From: Octopus bimaculoides
Lineage: Eukaryota
Direction of reading: 5' to 3'
NCBI RefSeq assembly: GCF_001194135.2
Contig: NC_068983.1
Location: 70,807,878 to 70,871,877 of the forward strand
Length of the DNA stretch: 64,000 bases
The notes below the pieces were generated by a model, which saw only the letters and a list, made by a program, of their open reading frames with translations, was not told the DNA's origin and searched no databases. Every line of letters starts with the position of its first letter. Position 1 is the first letter of the stretch. The position numbers and the translations under genes are program-made. This document shows, piece by piece, positions 1 to 11,678 of the stretch.

Positions 1-394
1 CATCATGAATGATGTCCGTATTGTTCGTGAAGCAGAGATCTAGAATGTTATTCGCTCTAGTTGGTCTAAGAACAGTTTGCTCCATGAATAGGGCATTGGT
101 GAGGTTGAGCAGGCATTCCAACTGTGCTTGCTTGCGATAAGTCATTCCTGAGAGTATGAGACTTTCGGGCCATTTAACGTTGGGGAAGTTGAAATCACCC
201 ATAAGAAATATGGTCACATGGTGTTCCAGTTTCATGAGGATTTCTTTAATTCTACCGAGGCAATCTTCAAATTTGCCTATGTGGTTTGGAGCATCCGGTG
301 GGCAATATGCATTGCATATGACTATATTATGTTGTCTTACGTATATAACTAGGGTGTCGCATACCGAATTTGAGTATGACAGTAAGACCTGGGG
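1..394 (-). mobile_element. CR1/L2-like LINE APE endonuclease fragment (runs off the window start)
   Basis: Manual minus-strand translation is open: PQVLLSYSNSVCDTLVIYVRQHNIVICNAYCPPD...IFLMGDFNFPNVKWPE...FMEQTVLRPTRANNILDLCFTNNTDIIHD. GDFN and PTR..NILDL are hallmark LINE endonuclease motifs. Confidence 0.8.
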
Positions 395-587
395 TATATA
401 TACATATATATTATATATATAATTATATATATATTCTCTCTCTCTCTCTCTCACACACACTGACATACATAAAGAAAATTAAGATATTTTGTCACCTTAA
501 ATATTAATTCAGGTTTAACTGGAATTTTAGCCACCATACCAGAACAAATCAGCACTTAAAAATAGTATCCTAAATGGAATTTCTTCT

Positions 588-603
588 TATTATTATTATT
601 ATG

Positions 604-662
<59 letters not shown>

Positions 663-689
663 GTAGTAGTAGTAGTAGTAGTAGTAGTA
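588..689. repeat. Compound (ATT)n-(AGT)n microsatellite
   Basis: Read directly; it generates the poly-N/poly-L ORF at 556-795. Confidence 0.95.
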
Positions 690-2494
690 TTTGTAATTTT
701 CTTATACTGTAGATATCTACGAAGGACACTATAGGCTTCTGTGGCGACAAATAGTTAAATGCGTTCCTCGGAGAAATGAAGAAATAAGAATACATACATT
801 TCCTGATAATATATTACCACTGAATTGAGTAATCTAAATAAGAAACGAAACAACAAAATATATGCTCTTCATATGTCATTATAACCTTTATCAGATTAAT
901 ACTATCAAGGAAAACACATGTACCTAAAAAAGATAAGAACCTGAAAAGTTGCAATGCATATCTATATAACCAAAATAAATCTGTTCACTTAAGCCTACTG
1001 TATCCATTATGTCTTTCTAAGTAAAGAATTTCAATTGCCCAGCGACGTTAGAGCTGGCTTCTTTATTGCTATGTCCCTTGATTCCTTACTTCTGCGGATG
1101 CTATTTTCATCATTATATTCTATACCTTCCATCGTGTACATCCTATTTATACTCCACTTGCAGTATACAAACCAAAAAGTAGGACCCAGTTCCCTTTATA
1201 TTCTACAATTTATGCTGCAGATGGAGGACTTTAGTAGAACATTTCATATTTCATATTGTTTTCGCTGATGTTGTTGCTTGTTGCAATTGGTGGTGTTGTT
1301 CTTGTTATTTTTGTTGTTGGTGATAATGATCATCATCCTTATGAGACTAATGTGGTGGTAATAGTGAATATTAAAATGATTATGATGAGGATACTTATGA
1401 TTATGGTCAACGTAACAAGTATACATCCACACATGCATTTATAATTCATAACATAAAATATCGTTATGTCCATGTTTGTACCCGAATACGTTAGCATTTA
1501 AAAAAATATAACACATGATTATGACACAATGCTGTGCGTATGAGTGCGTATCATACATACATACGTACACATATACATGCATGTACGTATTTAAAGCCAT
1601 ATACGTATTTTGTATGTGTGTGTGTGTGTGTGTGTGTGGATATATATACAGAGATATATTGAGAAGGGAGAGTAGAAGAGAGAAATATGTAGAAAGGTCG
1701 ACGGGAATGCAAGCAAAAACAAAAACCCTATAATAATCAAATAAATATGCAAACAATAGAGAATTGTAGAACGAGAAATGGTATGATACACTTGCTGATG
1801 TTATTCATTATGAAACGCATATGCCATGAAATCAATAAATATATGTGATAAATTATAGTATCTCCTTTTTGTCCAAAGCTGCATATTAGTCACATGAAAC
1901 AAGTAGGTTTCCTTCTGTTTATTAGATACAATTTTACAGTACTATAAACCAAATATTTTACGTGGAACCCACTAACAGAGATATTATTTGACTTGAATGC
2001 TCTGCAAATGAATTATTTTCATTTAGGCAAGTCTTTTCCTGTTAATACAAACTAATATTTTTAAATAAGATTAAGAATTTTGTTTAGTATTTTAATTCAT
2101 TTATTTTCGGTATGTTGGATTCTTAATAAGTTACATTGGCTATGTAAAATAGAATTAGTGTTGCTACAATCAAATCAATCAGCACTTGTATTATAGGCTA
2201 CTTATGTTATCGATTCGTGAGGTATCAAAGGGCGATGAAATTTTATAAACAGAACTTAAAGTGGCAAACCTATTTATGTTATTATATATTATTTATTCTA
2301 GTGTTGTAGCATTTTGATCAATTAGAGACTTCGGATAGTAGTAATTACTAACATTGAGCGAGTGAAAAGAATTATGGAGGTGTACTCAGTCGGCTCTGGC
2401 TCTAATTTTATCGACTCAGCTCCCCCAGAAGTATTGAGTATGGACGACGTCTGCAAGATTTGAAATCAGAATAAAAAAGGACGAAACTAAATAA

Positions 2495-2710
2495 CGGCTT
2501 CAAATTTTGGCACAAGGCCAGCAGTTTTAGAAAAAGGACCAGGTCGATTAAATTGATTTCAGTTCCCTACTGGCACTTATTTTATTGACCCTGAAAGGAC
2601 GTAAGACAAAGTGAACCTCTATGGAATTTGAACTCAGAATGTAGAGACGGATGAAATGCTGCTAAGCACCTCGCCCAGAAAACTGACGATTCTGCCAGCT
2701 CGCCGCCTTC
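2495..2710 (-). mobile_element. tRNA-derived SINE family A, decayed copy (a further partial copy lies at ~2790-2900)
   Basis: Similar to the 48002-48215 copy: ggcacaaggccag ... ttgaccctgaaagg ... ggaatttgaactcagaa ... ctgccagctcgccgcctt. The reverse complement has A-box-like ggcgagctggcagaa and B-box-like gagttcaaattcc. Confidence 0.8.
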
Positions 2711-5659
2711 AAGTAATTGAATATCACAAAGAGATTTTGTGTTACACCTTACCTCCTCATGCTCTCCCTTTTAATAATAGCTTTTCATTTAGGCACAAGG
2801 CCAGCAATTTTTGGCAAAGCTGGTAGTAGAATCCAATTGACCTAAGTATTTAGACTCATACTACATTTTATCAACCCCGAAAAAAAAAAACCAAAAGCAA
2901 GGCTGACCTCTGTATTCCTATTACAAGTTGTATGTATTTTTCATGGAGGTTTAAGGCCTTAAAGTTTAGAGAAAGCAAAGAATCGAATAAGAGACATGAG
3001 TATGATCTGATTTCTTCGCCACTTAGATACCTATTCGATATGTTCATTACTGATTTAATATGCCCTATAATTTAACAATTGTTATTGGAAAGAATGTGGG
3101 ACAAGCGAGTCCAATGACTCAATCGTCTTGAACATGACACTGCTAATAAAATAATATGACATTAAAGTCTTGGACAACGTGTAAGTGTCGCGATTCCATA
3201 TTTTACACCGATTTATACAAACACTTCATACTTCATTGGAACGAAATTTTCTTTACAGATAGAAAGGAATTGAATGGCAAAATTCTTAGGCTGCAAAGTA
3301 GAGTGGAATTAAGTTTGGTCGTTTAGAGTTCGGAATTCAAATCTCAGCTAGTTTTATTTGGCTTTTGATCTTTTAATATTTGATAAATGAAAAATTAAAG
3401 TTTGAGATTCAGTTAATCGACCACATCCACAGCTTTCAAAGTTTGTTACCTTGTGCCATTGTAAAAAACAATAAAAAACTTTAAAAATTAAAAAAACTTG
3501 CGCCGGAAGGTCCGACATTTTATATCTATCTTCCTTTTGAGGTCAATAAGCCAACTACAGCTAATATACACGTTCATGGGAATTTTTGTTGGCAGTATCA
3601 TACAAAAGGGCTTGCGATGGTATTTAGTCAGTGCCAATAGCCAACTGACCTCTAATCGCACCAATTTCATTTCTGCCTTTTATCTTTTCGAGAATAACAA
3701 AATAAAGTACCAACCAAATACTGTGGTCAACAATTCATTACACTCGACTGTTCTCCTCTCCAAGAATCTATAAGGCGCCTAAGCTAGAAATCAATATTTT
3801 ATACTTATAGGACAATCGGGTGCTAAGCATAATAGAGTACTAGACTTACCATAATATAACTACATAATTAAAACACATTGTGAAATGGTGTGTATCATAA
3901 GAAATGGCAGAGCAATAGACGTAATATTTTGCTGTGTTTTAATGCATCAACCTTGATCAAGAAAACCTAATATAAAAGGCATTCTTGTTGTGCTCATCCC
4001 ATTTTTTCTTTCAGATATTGTGTATCTAGAACTACTTTGCGTATCCGCTCTTCTTCAAGACAGAAATGAGTTGCTTGAAAATTTAAGGTCTATTTCTATC
4101 AGGTCGAGCGATAATGTTGCGGTTCCCTTACGCAGCAACATGAGCTAATGGAGCGGCACAAAGTATAGAGTGTCAAGATGATTCCCTGAAGATATTTATT
4201 TACATAATTTGATGTTTTGGTTTGAAATCCTCTGATACCACTTCTGAAATGTCATGTTAGTAGGATCACTAGTAAGAGTATCACACATATATAATAATCG
4301 ATTTGTCACACGCGCTACGCTAGAGTGTGGAAAGAGATTCCTTGCAGAGATTCCTTGTAGTATTTATTCCGGCTTTTTGTCTGTCAAGTTCAATTACCAC
4401 TTTGCTTTCCATCTATCTTGGGTCGATAAATAAAGTTTCAATCTTGGGCGGTAGACTAGCGGAATCTGTCTTGCATCATGTGTTCCGGCTCTTCGCACTC
4501 TTAGTCCAAATCAAGTTTTATATATATTATATTATATATCATAAAACGGTGAGCCGGTAAAATCGTTTGCACACCGGACAAAATGATTAGCGGCATTTCT
4601 TCTGGTTTTATTCATATTCATATGAATCTTTACACACACAGCAGAGATCCATTTAAGGCTACTTGAAACACTATATCCAAGTGAGAAAATTTAAGAAATA
4701 TTTCCAAACTCTCACGCACTCACTGAATTATCCAATATAAAGTATTTGTAGACATGCTTTTAACTATTTTCTTTGTAACCACTTTCCTTCCAACTATTAG
4801 GCTTTTATTTATTACTGAACAATCGACTCATTCACTGACGTTATTTGGCTCTATCCATACTTCCTTTCCTTGATGAATTTAAACAGTTCATTTTAATATT
4901 TTCGAGTTTTTTCCTTTACATAGTTTGGTTACTTTTTTAAATGGCATTTTAAAATTCGTTTCTTTTCTTTTGGAAAAGAATTCTTATATTTTTTTCTTTT
5001 ATATGTACTCGCTAGCTTCTTTTTAATTCTGTAGCTTGCAATCGATTTTCATTTACATCCTTATATTTGAATATCTGTCAAACCTGCTTATGCATGTGTG
5101 TTATATCATTTTATGATAATGTGTTTATCATTTTATGATAAATTTGGTGGGGTACACCACTCTCTATAACGAATTCTATCTATCTATATATATATATGTG
5201 AGCTCTTCTGCTTACGTGTCCCGCTGTGTGTATAATTGTATGCATGCATGTCTGTATCTATTCATGTGTATGTAGGTGTGTGTATATGTATGTATGTACC
5301 TATTCAGGTTTGTTTGAAATTTAACTTATGCTAGTTTCCCTTGGAGAACTTGTGCAGGTTACTAGCAAAGTGGCAAAGTTCTTTTCCTAAATCAAGTCAG
5401 CTCTTAGAGTATGTGGTTGATGTATCCATGTATATATGTGCGTTTTGCATGCGTGTGCATGGGGATAAAATTGTGCTCGTGGATGTGGGTGTCATTACTC
5501 TTTATGTGCATCTATTCATATGTAATTCCTATGTACATGTGAATGGGTGCGTATGTTTGCCCGGAAACTGCAAATGGGGAATCCCCAGAATCTTTTCCAA
5601 TTTTGTTTCTGTTCCACTGATCGATTGTATCTTGAGATTGCAAATCAGTTTAATCTATT

Positions 5660-6300
5660 CTATTTTTTAGAGAGCAGAGGCGTTTCCAGCCTTCTCTGCA
5701 GATCTCTTGTTACGTAGCCCAGTGCAGATGTGATAACAGTAACATATGAAAATCTATAACCTGGATATAAGAGCTGTAGGTTTCTCAGCTGTACTCCAGT
5801 GATGTTCTCCTTTTCTCCAATTTTGGAAGAGACGTTCACTCGCTGAGCAACTTTGTTCAAATTTTGCTTCCTATTCCATCCTAGTGCATCTGGCGTGCTG
5901 TGTTTACATTGGGTTGCTGTTTTTATTGGAATGTACCACTAGTATACTTTATATTCTAAAGGATGGATACTTTCTGGTTCAGCCCTTATTATTGGAGTCG
6001 GGGCAAGTAGACCGTCTCAGCAACACTTCTATGTCTCATGGGAAGGCAGTATAATGAGAATATTTTTGGACAGCTATTAGTGATGTGAGTGATACCTTCT
6101 ATACAGGTATGGTACAACCAACACTTTCCTTCACAGTGTGAGGTGAAGAGGTATCCTAGAAATATGTCTCTTTTGTTTAATAGCTATCTCCTGCTCTCGG
6201 ATAGCAAAAGCATACCCTCCTGGGTGAGATGTGACGTACTTATCACGGATCCAAGAGAAACTATTATTTCTGTCCTGTGGTAGTCTCTAGATTGTGAGAT
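5660..6300 (-). mobile_element. RLE-type (R4/Dong-like) non-LTR retrotransposon C-terminal relic: zinc knuckle plus restriction-like endonuclease
   Basis: Frameshifted minus-strand translation: SWIRDKYVTSH..GYAFAIREQEIA, HITNSCPK..YCLPMRH, IPIKTATQCKHSTPDALGWNRK, KIGEKENITGVQLRNLQLLYPGYRFSYVTVITSALGYVT. This gives a CCHC remnant and a PD-type RLE region. Confidence 0.65.
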
Positions 6301-6477
6301 ATGTAACTATGCGTAACTGGTATGAGAGTTATTTCTCCTCTAATTCTCTTTTTAAGTAGGTCAATCCACCACTTTTAGAACAAAGGAATCAGCTGCAAAC
6401 TCGGGTTACTTGTTCAAGAGTTTTCCGTCTAATTCCATGTTTGTTTGTCAGTCCATCTTTCTGTCTGCATACCTGCA

Positions 6478-6562
6478 TGTACGTACGTATGTATGTATGT
6501 ATGTATGTATGTATGTATGTATGTATGTATTTATGTATGTATGTATGTATGTATGTATGTAT
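6478..6562. repeat. (ATGT)n tetranucleotide microsatellite
   Basis: Read directly. Confidence 0.95.
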
Positions 6563-7430
6563 TTAATGGTCGACGTTCTATAAATATTCTTCCCCTCATA
6601 GACACAAATTATTTCAAACTTCATTGTTGAAGAGATTAAGAGGAAGATGTGCACAACCTGCATTGTGATTGATAGTAAATATCAGCAGACAGTAATACAA
6701 GATCATTCTGAAGGTAGACAGCTGCAACGATACTAAGACATCATGTCGGAATGGTTTGTTTGTAAATAAGCAAATACGAATTGAACTCGCTAACATCAAA
6801 TATTGATTTCGTTTTGGAAGAATGTTCTTTATAAAATATAAGAGGGTGAAATAGCAGGAAAAAACGTGTTACAGTAATTTTAATTGGAGAGAGAATTAGT
6901 CAACTTGAGTGTGTATAATTATATTATTGACAAATTTTTGTTCCTAATGGCTTATTCAACAGTTTAGTTATAGCACTTTGCAGGTCCTCAGAGACTGATC
7001 GGAGAGTATCTAGACAAGAAAATATAACCATTGTGTACTAAATGTTGTTTTAGTGAGAATGCAAAGCATTAGTATACACATATTCTTCTCAGACCACATA
7101 CTAAGGAGACCAAGACACTAGATGATGGTTCAAAAGAAGTATCTGATTAGTTTTACTACCTAAGAATATGTACATATAAGAATATGATTCCGCGTTGCTT
7201 CTGTCTACCTAATTTTAATCACTCTGTCTGAGGAAATCCAGGGTTGTCGAAGTATCAAGTGAGCTTGAATCTAAAAACATGTGTTGTGGCGAGTGTCACA
7301 ACATAATAAACTTGACTGAATGACTATTAATAGTAGCGGTTTGAGTGAATGACAAAGAGTAGGCGCTAATTGCACCAAGTCGTAAGGTGTCATTTTGGTA
7401 GTTTGTTGGAATATATTTTACTGATTCGTG

Positions 7431-8620
7431 TGTAGTTCGTGAAGAACTTGTTGGATTATAACGTTATTGTTACCCTACTTCGTTATATGTTTTATTGTTA
7501 CTACACGGTTATAGAGTAAACAAGTATCGTCATAAATAGTGGCGATACTACAATAACTGGCAACGAGTAACTACGTCACAATATTGGCGACGAGGATTCG
7601 AAGCCCTCGCAGGTCGGTTTTTGTGATACAAAGTTGTTAATGATGGAATATCTATTAGCTTCTATAATGCAGTTGCAAAAAACAACAGCAATAACAGCAT
7701 CAGGAGTTGCAGATACAACTACTTCAGCAACAAGAAGAACAACAACAGCTAATGGAGCTATGTCTTAAGAAGTCTGGAAACACTATAAGTTCATTTTCGC
7801 CAGACAGTCAATTGAACTCTATAAAAGAATTCAGTTATGACCCAGAGGAGGGTATAACGTTTGCAGCGTACTTTAGAAGTTACGAAGAAATCTTCAGGGA
7901 AGAAATCTTAAGGCAAGTCGTGGACGGACAACGAAAAAGTAAGACTCGGCTGAATATGAAAAATATTGTAATTTCATACTACCGCAAAAAACTAGTGAAA
8001 TTTGTTTCCAGGTAAGAGTCGAACTACTATCAAAAATACATTGATAATTGTTCCCTATTCAACACTCAATTGTTGTGTTGGGATCTAGTTCGAAAAGAGG
8101 ATGAAGACTTTGTCACGTATTCCGGGACCGTAAACAGAATGTGCGAAAGGTTTAAACTGAAGGAACTAACTCCTGATATGTTTAAGTGCCTCATTTAGGT
8201 ACGGCAAACAAAGATGCGGAGATACATGCAAGAATTCTCACTAAACTTGAGCAAGTGGACCAAAGTTTAACGTTGCAGACAGTTGTAGAAGAGTGTCAAA
8301 GAATAGTAAACTTATGTCAGGGCGTAAAGAAAATTGAAGAGGAGTTCTCACAAGTACAAGCATGCCGACCGAGAAGCTATAAACCAAAACAAACTATTAA
8401 GACCAACCCCATGCTACGGATCTGTAACCCTACATTTCAGCCCTACATTTCAGCCCTACATTGTCCTTACAAAACGCAAAAATGTTACAGTTGCCAAAAT
8501 GTAGGACACAAGAGCTCACATATCAGAGCAAAGTTAGAAACCACAACTATGGATTTGTACATTTTTATCTGCACCGAAAGAACGAAAGGCAAAGTTGACT
8601 GTTGGGGGATTTGAATTCAG
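7431..8620 (+). mobile_element. Ty3/Gypsy (Mag/K02A2.6-like) LTR retrotransposon relic: LTR 3' end, PBS and decayed gag; pol is absent
   Basis: PBS-like TGGCGACGAGG at 7585-7595. Gag motifs: EFSYDPEEGITFAAYFRSYEEIF, a CERFKLKELTPDMFKCLI-like stretch at ~8140-8195, DAEIHARILTKLEQ...ECQRIVNL, and knuckle CPYKTQKCYSCQNVGHKSSH. Ends in a (TACA)n tract at ~8677. Confidence 0.8.
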
Positions 8621-8676
8621 AGCGAGGTGGGTCGGAACAAATACCGCAAAGTATTCTGTCTGCCATGTACAAATGT

Positions 8677-8691
8677 AAATACATACATACA

Positions 8692-8725
<34 letters not shown>

Positions 8726-8850
8726 CACACACATACATACATACATACATAATACATACATACATANNNNNNNNNNATACATACATACATACATAATACA
8801 TACATACATACATGCATACAGACAGATAGACATACATATATACATACGTA
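8677..8850. repeat. (TACA)n microsatellite containing a 10-N gap
   Basis: Read directly. Confidence 0.95.
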
Positions 8851-9095
8851 CATGTCTGTGTGTTCGCTTTTATATCGCGTATTACATGCACTAACTTCAA
8901 AAATCAAAATATACACCTTAATCATCATTCGTCGAATTGAAGTATTTATTAGCTAAACTTAGACTACAGTTAATTTGCTTCGCTGTCTCATTAATTTATT
9001 CTGTCTCTCTGTCTCTTTCTCTGTCTCGCACAATCTCTCTTTCACACACACACGCACACATATACACTTTCCACACACACACACACACACACTCT

Positions 9096-9126
<31 letters not shown>

Positions 9127-9799
9127 GATGGATATGAAGGGTGATAAAAGGAAGTTGTATCAACAAGCCGCTATCTGATGCAACCATTATGATTTTAGTC
9201 GATAGAAACCAAGACTTATTATTTTCCGTGATTGATATCAAGTTGCTAAAGAACTCTTCGCCTAAATTGAACTCCCAGCTTTAGGACATTGAGTGTTCAA
9301 TCGTATTGGGTCGCAATTATAAATTTCCAAGTGATGGGCATAACAGAGATCGATCGAAATGATAATATTATTTACAAGAAAAGCAGCAAAACGATAAAGA
9401 AAACTTTGGCTATGGAAAACATGGTACACCTGCATGTTATTTAATAGAAAAAGAATTATGAATTACGAAATCCTAAATCTCATGGTACAATTGAGGAGAG
9501 ACATTCATATGTAAATTAATTGCTCTCAAACACTAACTAAAATCGGTAAAATTGCTTTATCATAAGCAATTACAAACGTAGGCCTAAAATCCGTTAGCTT
9601 TCATGAAACCCTCTATTTCTGCATCGCAGCCTGAAATGCCATTCCTTCAAAGATGAAAGCTTTCTTCTCTGGCAAGATCTGGAATCATTCTGGCACGGAA
9701 CCTAAAATACAAATTATCCAAACAACCATAACGCAGTTTAGTTAAATTATCCACACTGAGTATTCTTAAAATGGCTGATTGAAATATATAGTATAACCA

Positions 9800-10300
9800 A
9801 CAAAACTCCTTCTGACAGTTGTTGCAAAACTATTGAATGTAAAGAAGTAAGTATGTACAACACGTGTAAACTACAATGAAAATCATATTTTGAGAGTAAA
9901 CGAAGAACATCTGGATTGGTATATTAGTGAACAGCTATTCTATATTACCCAAGGCTAGCAGTACAATCCTGTTTCAACAGAAACATCGGAAGCAACACTC
10001 AACGTATCAACAGAAAGTTATGCATGGGTATGTATGCCTCAAGCTAGGAGACATTCACAGAAGGTATAATCTTTTCTGGATTTGTGATAGATGCATCATT
10101 TCCTACCTAGAAGGATACACATTCGCTATTTAGGAACAGGAAATACCTGACAAATAAAAGAAATAAGGATTCTTCCAAGTATCCAGTCTGTGCTGCAAAA
10201 TGTCGATAGTGTTATACCAATGTAGATAATATTCTCTACATTTTTGAGGTGTGTGAGACCACACTATAGTTCCCAGATTTACCCTGTTAGGTTATGATAA
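9800..10300 (+). mobile_element. RLE-type (R4-like) non-LTR relic, same family as 5660-6300
   Basis: Translation CDRCIISYLEGYTFAI*EQEIPDK matches DKYVTSH.GYAFAIREQEI at ~6200. It is followed by AKCR*CYTNVDNILYIFEVC, a CCHC knuckle remnant. Confidence 0.55.
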
Positions 10301-10758
10301 TCCATTCTTGCGCAGAGACGCAGAAATACCTTTTGTTTATATCACACGGTTTGAGGGATCCCAAGCTGTTATTACAGTATCTGATGTAAAACCTGCGATT
10401 TTACTGAAGTTTTGGTATTCTGGCTTCATCTTGTCACTTGACACTAATCGCCGGTACTCAGAGAGTGGTATTGCTGCTGCACAAGCATTTATTACGTGAA
10501 TCCATTGACACGTAAATGTCGCTTTATGGTATGCTCATTTGACACTCCATCAACTGAAAGTCCTATGGCGATGGAAGAGTGGTGACATGTGCAGAACTAA
10601 CCAGTTGGAAGCGCTGTATAAGTTACAACTTTGTTCTGTAATTTATGCTTCAAACCACGAAGATCTGCAGCGGAACGGAATAGTCATATTAGAAGTCATA
10701 GAAAAAAACTCAGAAATACTAGGCGCAGAAAAACTGCAATCGTTAATGAAAATACAGT

Positions 10759-10785
10759 CCGACGAAGAGTTATGCTAGAAACGTC
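10759..10785 (+). ncRNA. Degenerate minimal hammerhead ribozyme motif in Penelope-type terminal-repeat sequence
   Basis: CCGACGA-A-GAGT-TAT-GCTA-GAAA-C-GTC. Downstream ...gagcgtcaagctaatacatt resembles the flanks of the copies at 17429 and 41725. Confidence 0.5.
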
Positions 10786-11369
10786 AAAATCTCTATTTCT
10801 ATCGAGCGTCAAGCTAATACATTCCTCGGGCACATCCCCTTGTTCGTTAATTTTATTATACGTTTGTTTTTTTCCAATTGATTGTTTATTTGAATTGACT
10901 ACATATATATATGACCGCTGGCATGAACTAAGGAGTCAACATGTAATATTTTGTTGAATAACTTTTTCCTTGATGATATTGTGTTCATATCTTATCCATG
11001 CAAATTTTAATCATAAATTTGAATTTATTTAATGAGTACAATTCAAACAGGTGTAGGATGTATGATGTATCACTTTATTAATAAATAATTATAATTATTA
11101 ACCTTCAACTCTCCATTTTCTTTTCTTTTCTTCTGTTAACTGAATACTCTCTCTCTCTGTCTCTCTCTCTCTCTCTCTCCACACACACACAAACACACAC
11201 ATATGCTCCCAGCGTTCACTATTTTCTTCTCGTTCTGGTCTAACGCCCCTCCATGTTTGTTTTCGTTCGGTTTCCTGTATCTACTGTAATTTTTTTTGTT
11301 CCCAAATTTGACCCTCCATAAATCCTAAAATTCTACTTTAGAATTTATGGGACCAACTATCTTTGAAGA

Positions 11370-11432
11370 CTCATATTGTCGTTGAATGCTCGAAATGAGG
11401 AATAGCTAGACAGCCGACAACTGATGAAGGGT
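11370..11432 (+). ncRNA. Hammerhead ribozyme with non-circularly permuted strand order (candidate)
   Basis: CTCA-TA-TTGTCG (11370-81) ... GCTC-GAAA-TGAG (11388-99) ... CGACAA-CTGATGA-A-GGGT (11415-32). Stem I is 6/6 bp, stem III is 5/5 bp, stem II is 4 bp with two G-U pairs, and the core is intact. Confidence 0.7.
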
Positions 11433-11678
11433 CCTTTCTCTATGTTAAGCTGTCCTGTTTTCCAGTTTTTCTCGTTGTTTACGTATTTCACACGTTTTCC
11501 CTCGTTCGTTTACCTATTTCATGTTATTTGCACCGTTGGTGACGTCCTGTGCACCATGCGTGTATATATATATATATATATTATTAGTAGTAGTATTATA
11601 ATTTATTATCCATTATTTAATTGAACGTGACGTATCCATTTCCAAGTATATATATGTATATATATATATATATGTATA

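Noticed and set aside
7085-7262. CTAAGGA-GACC...GGTT and CTGAGGA...GTC-GAAG motifs
   Set aside because: Both lack an intact GAAA and convincing stems.
10631-10700. C2H2 zinc-finger-like spacing (CNLC-x12-H-x3-H)
   Set aside because: Single motif with an in-frame stop just upstream, no conserved F/L core and no splice context. It lies in transposon debris and is probably chance or TE-derived.
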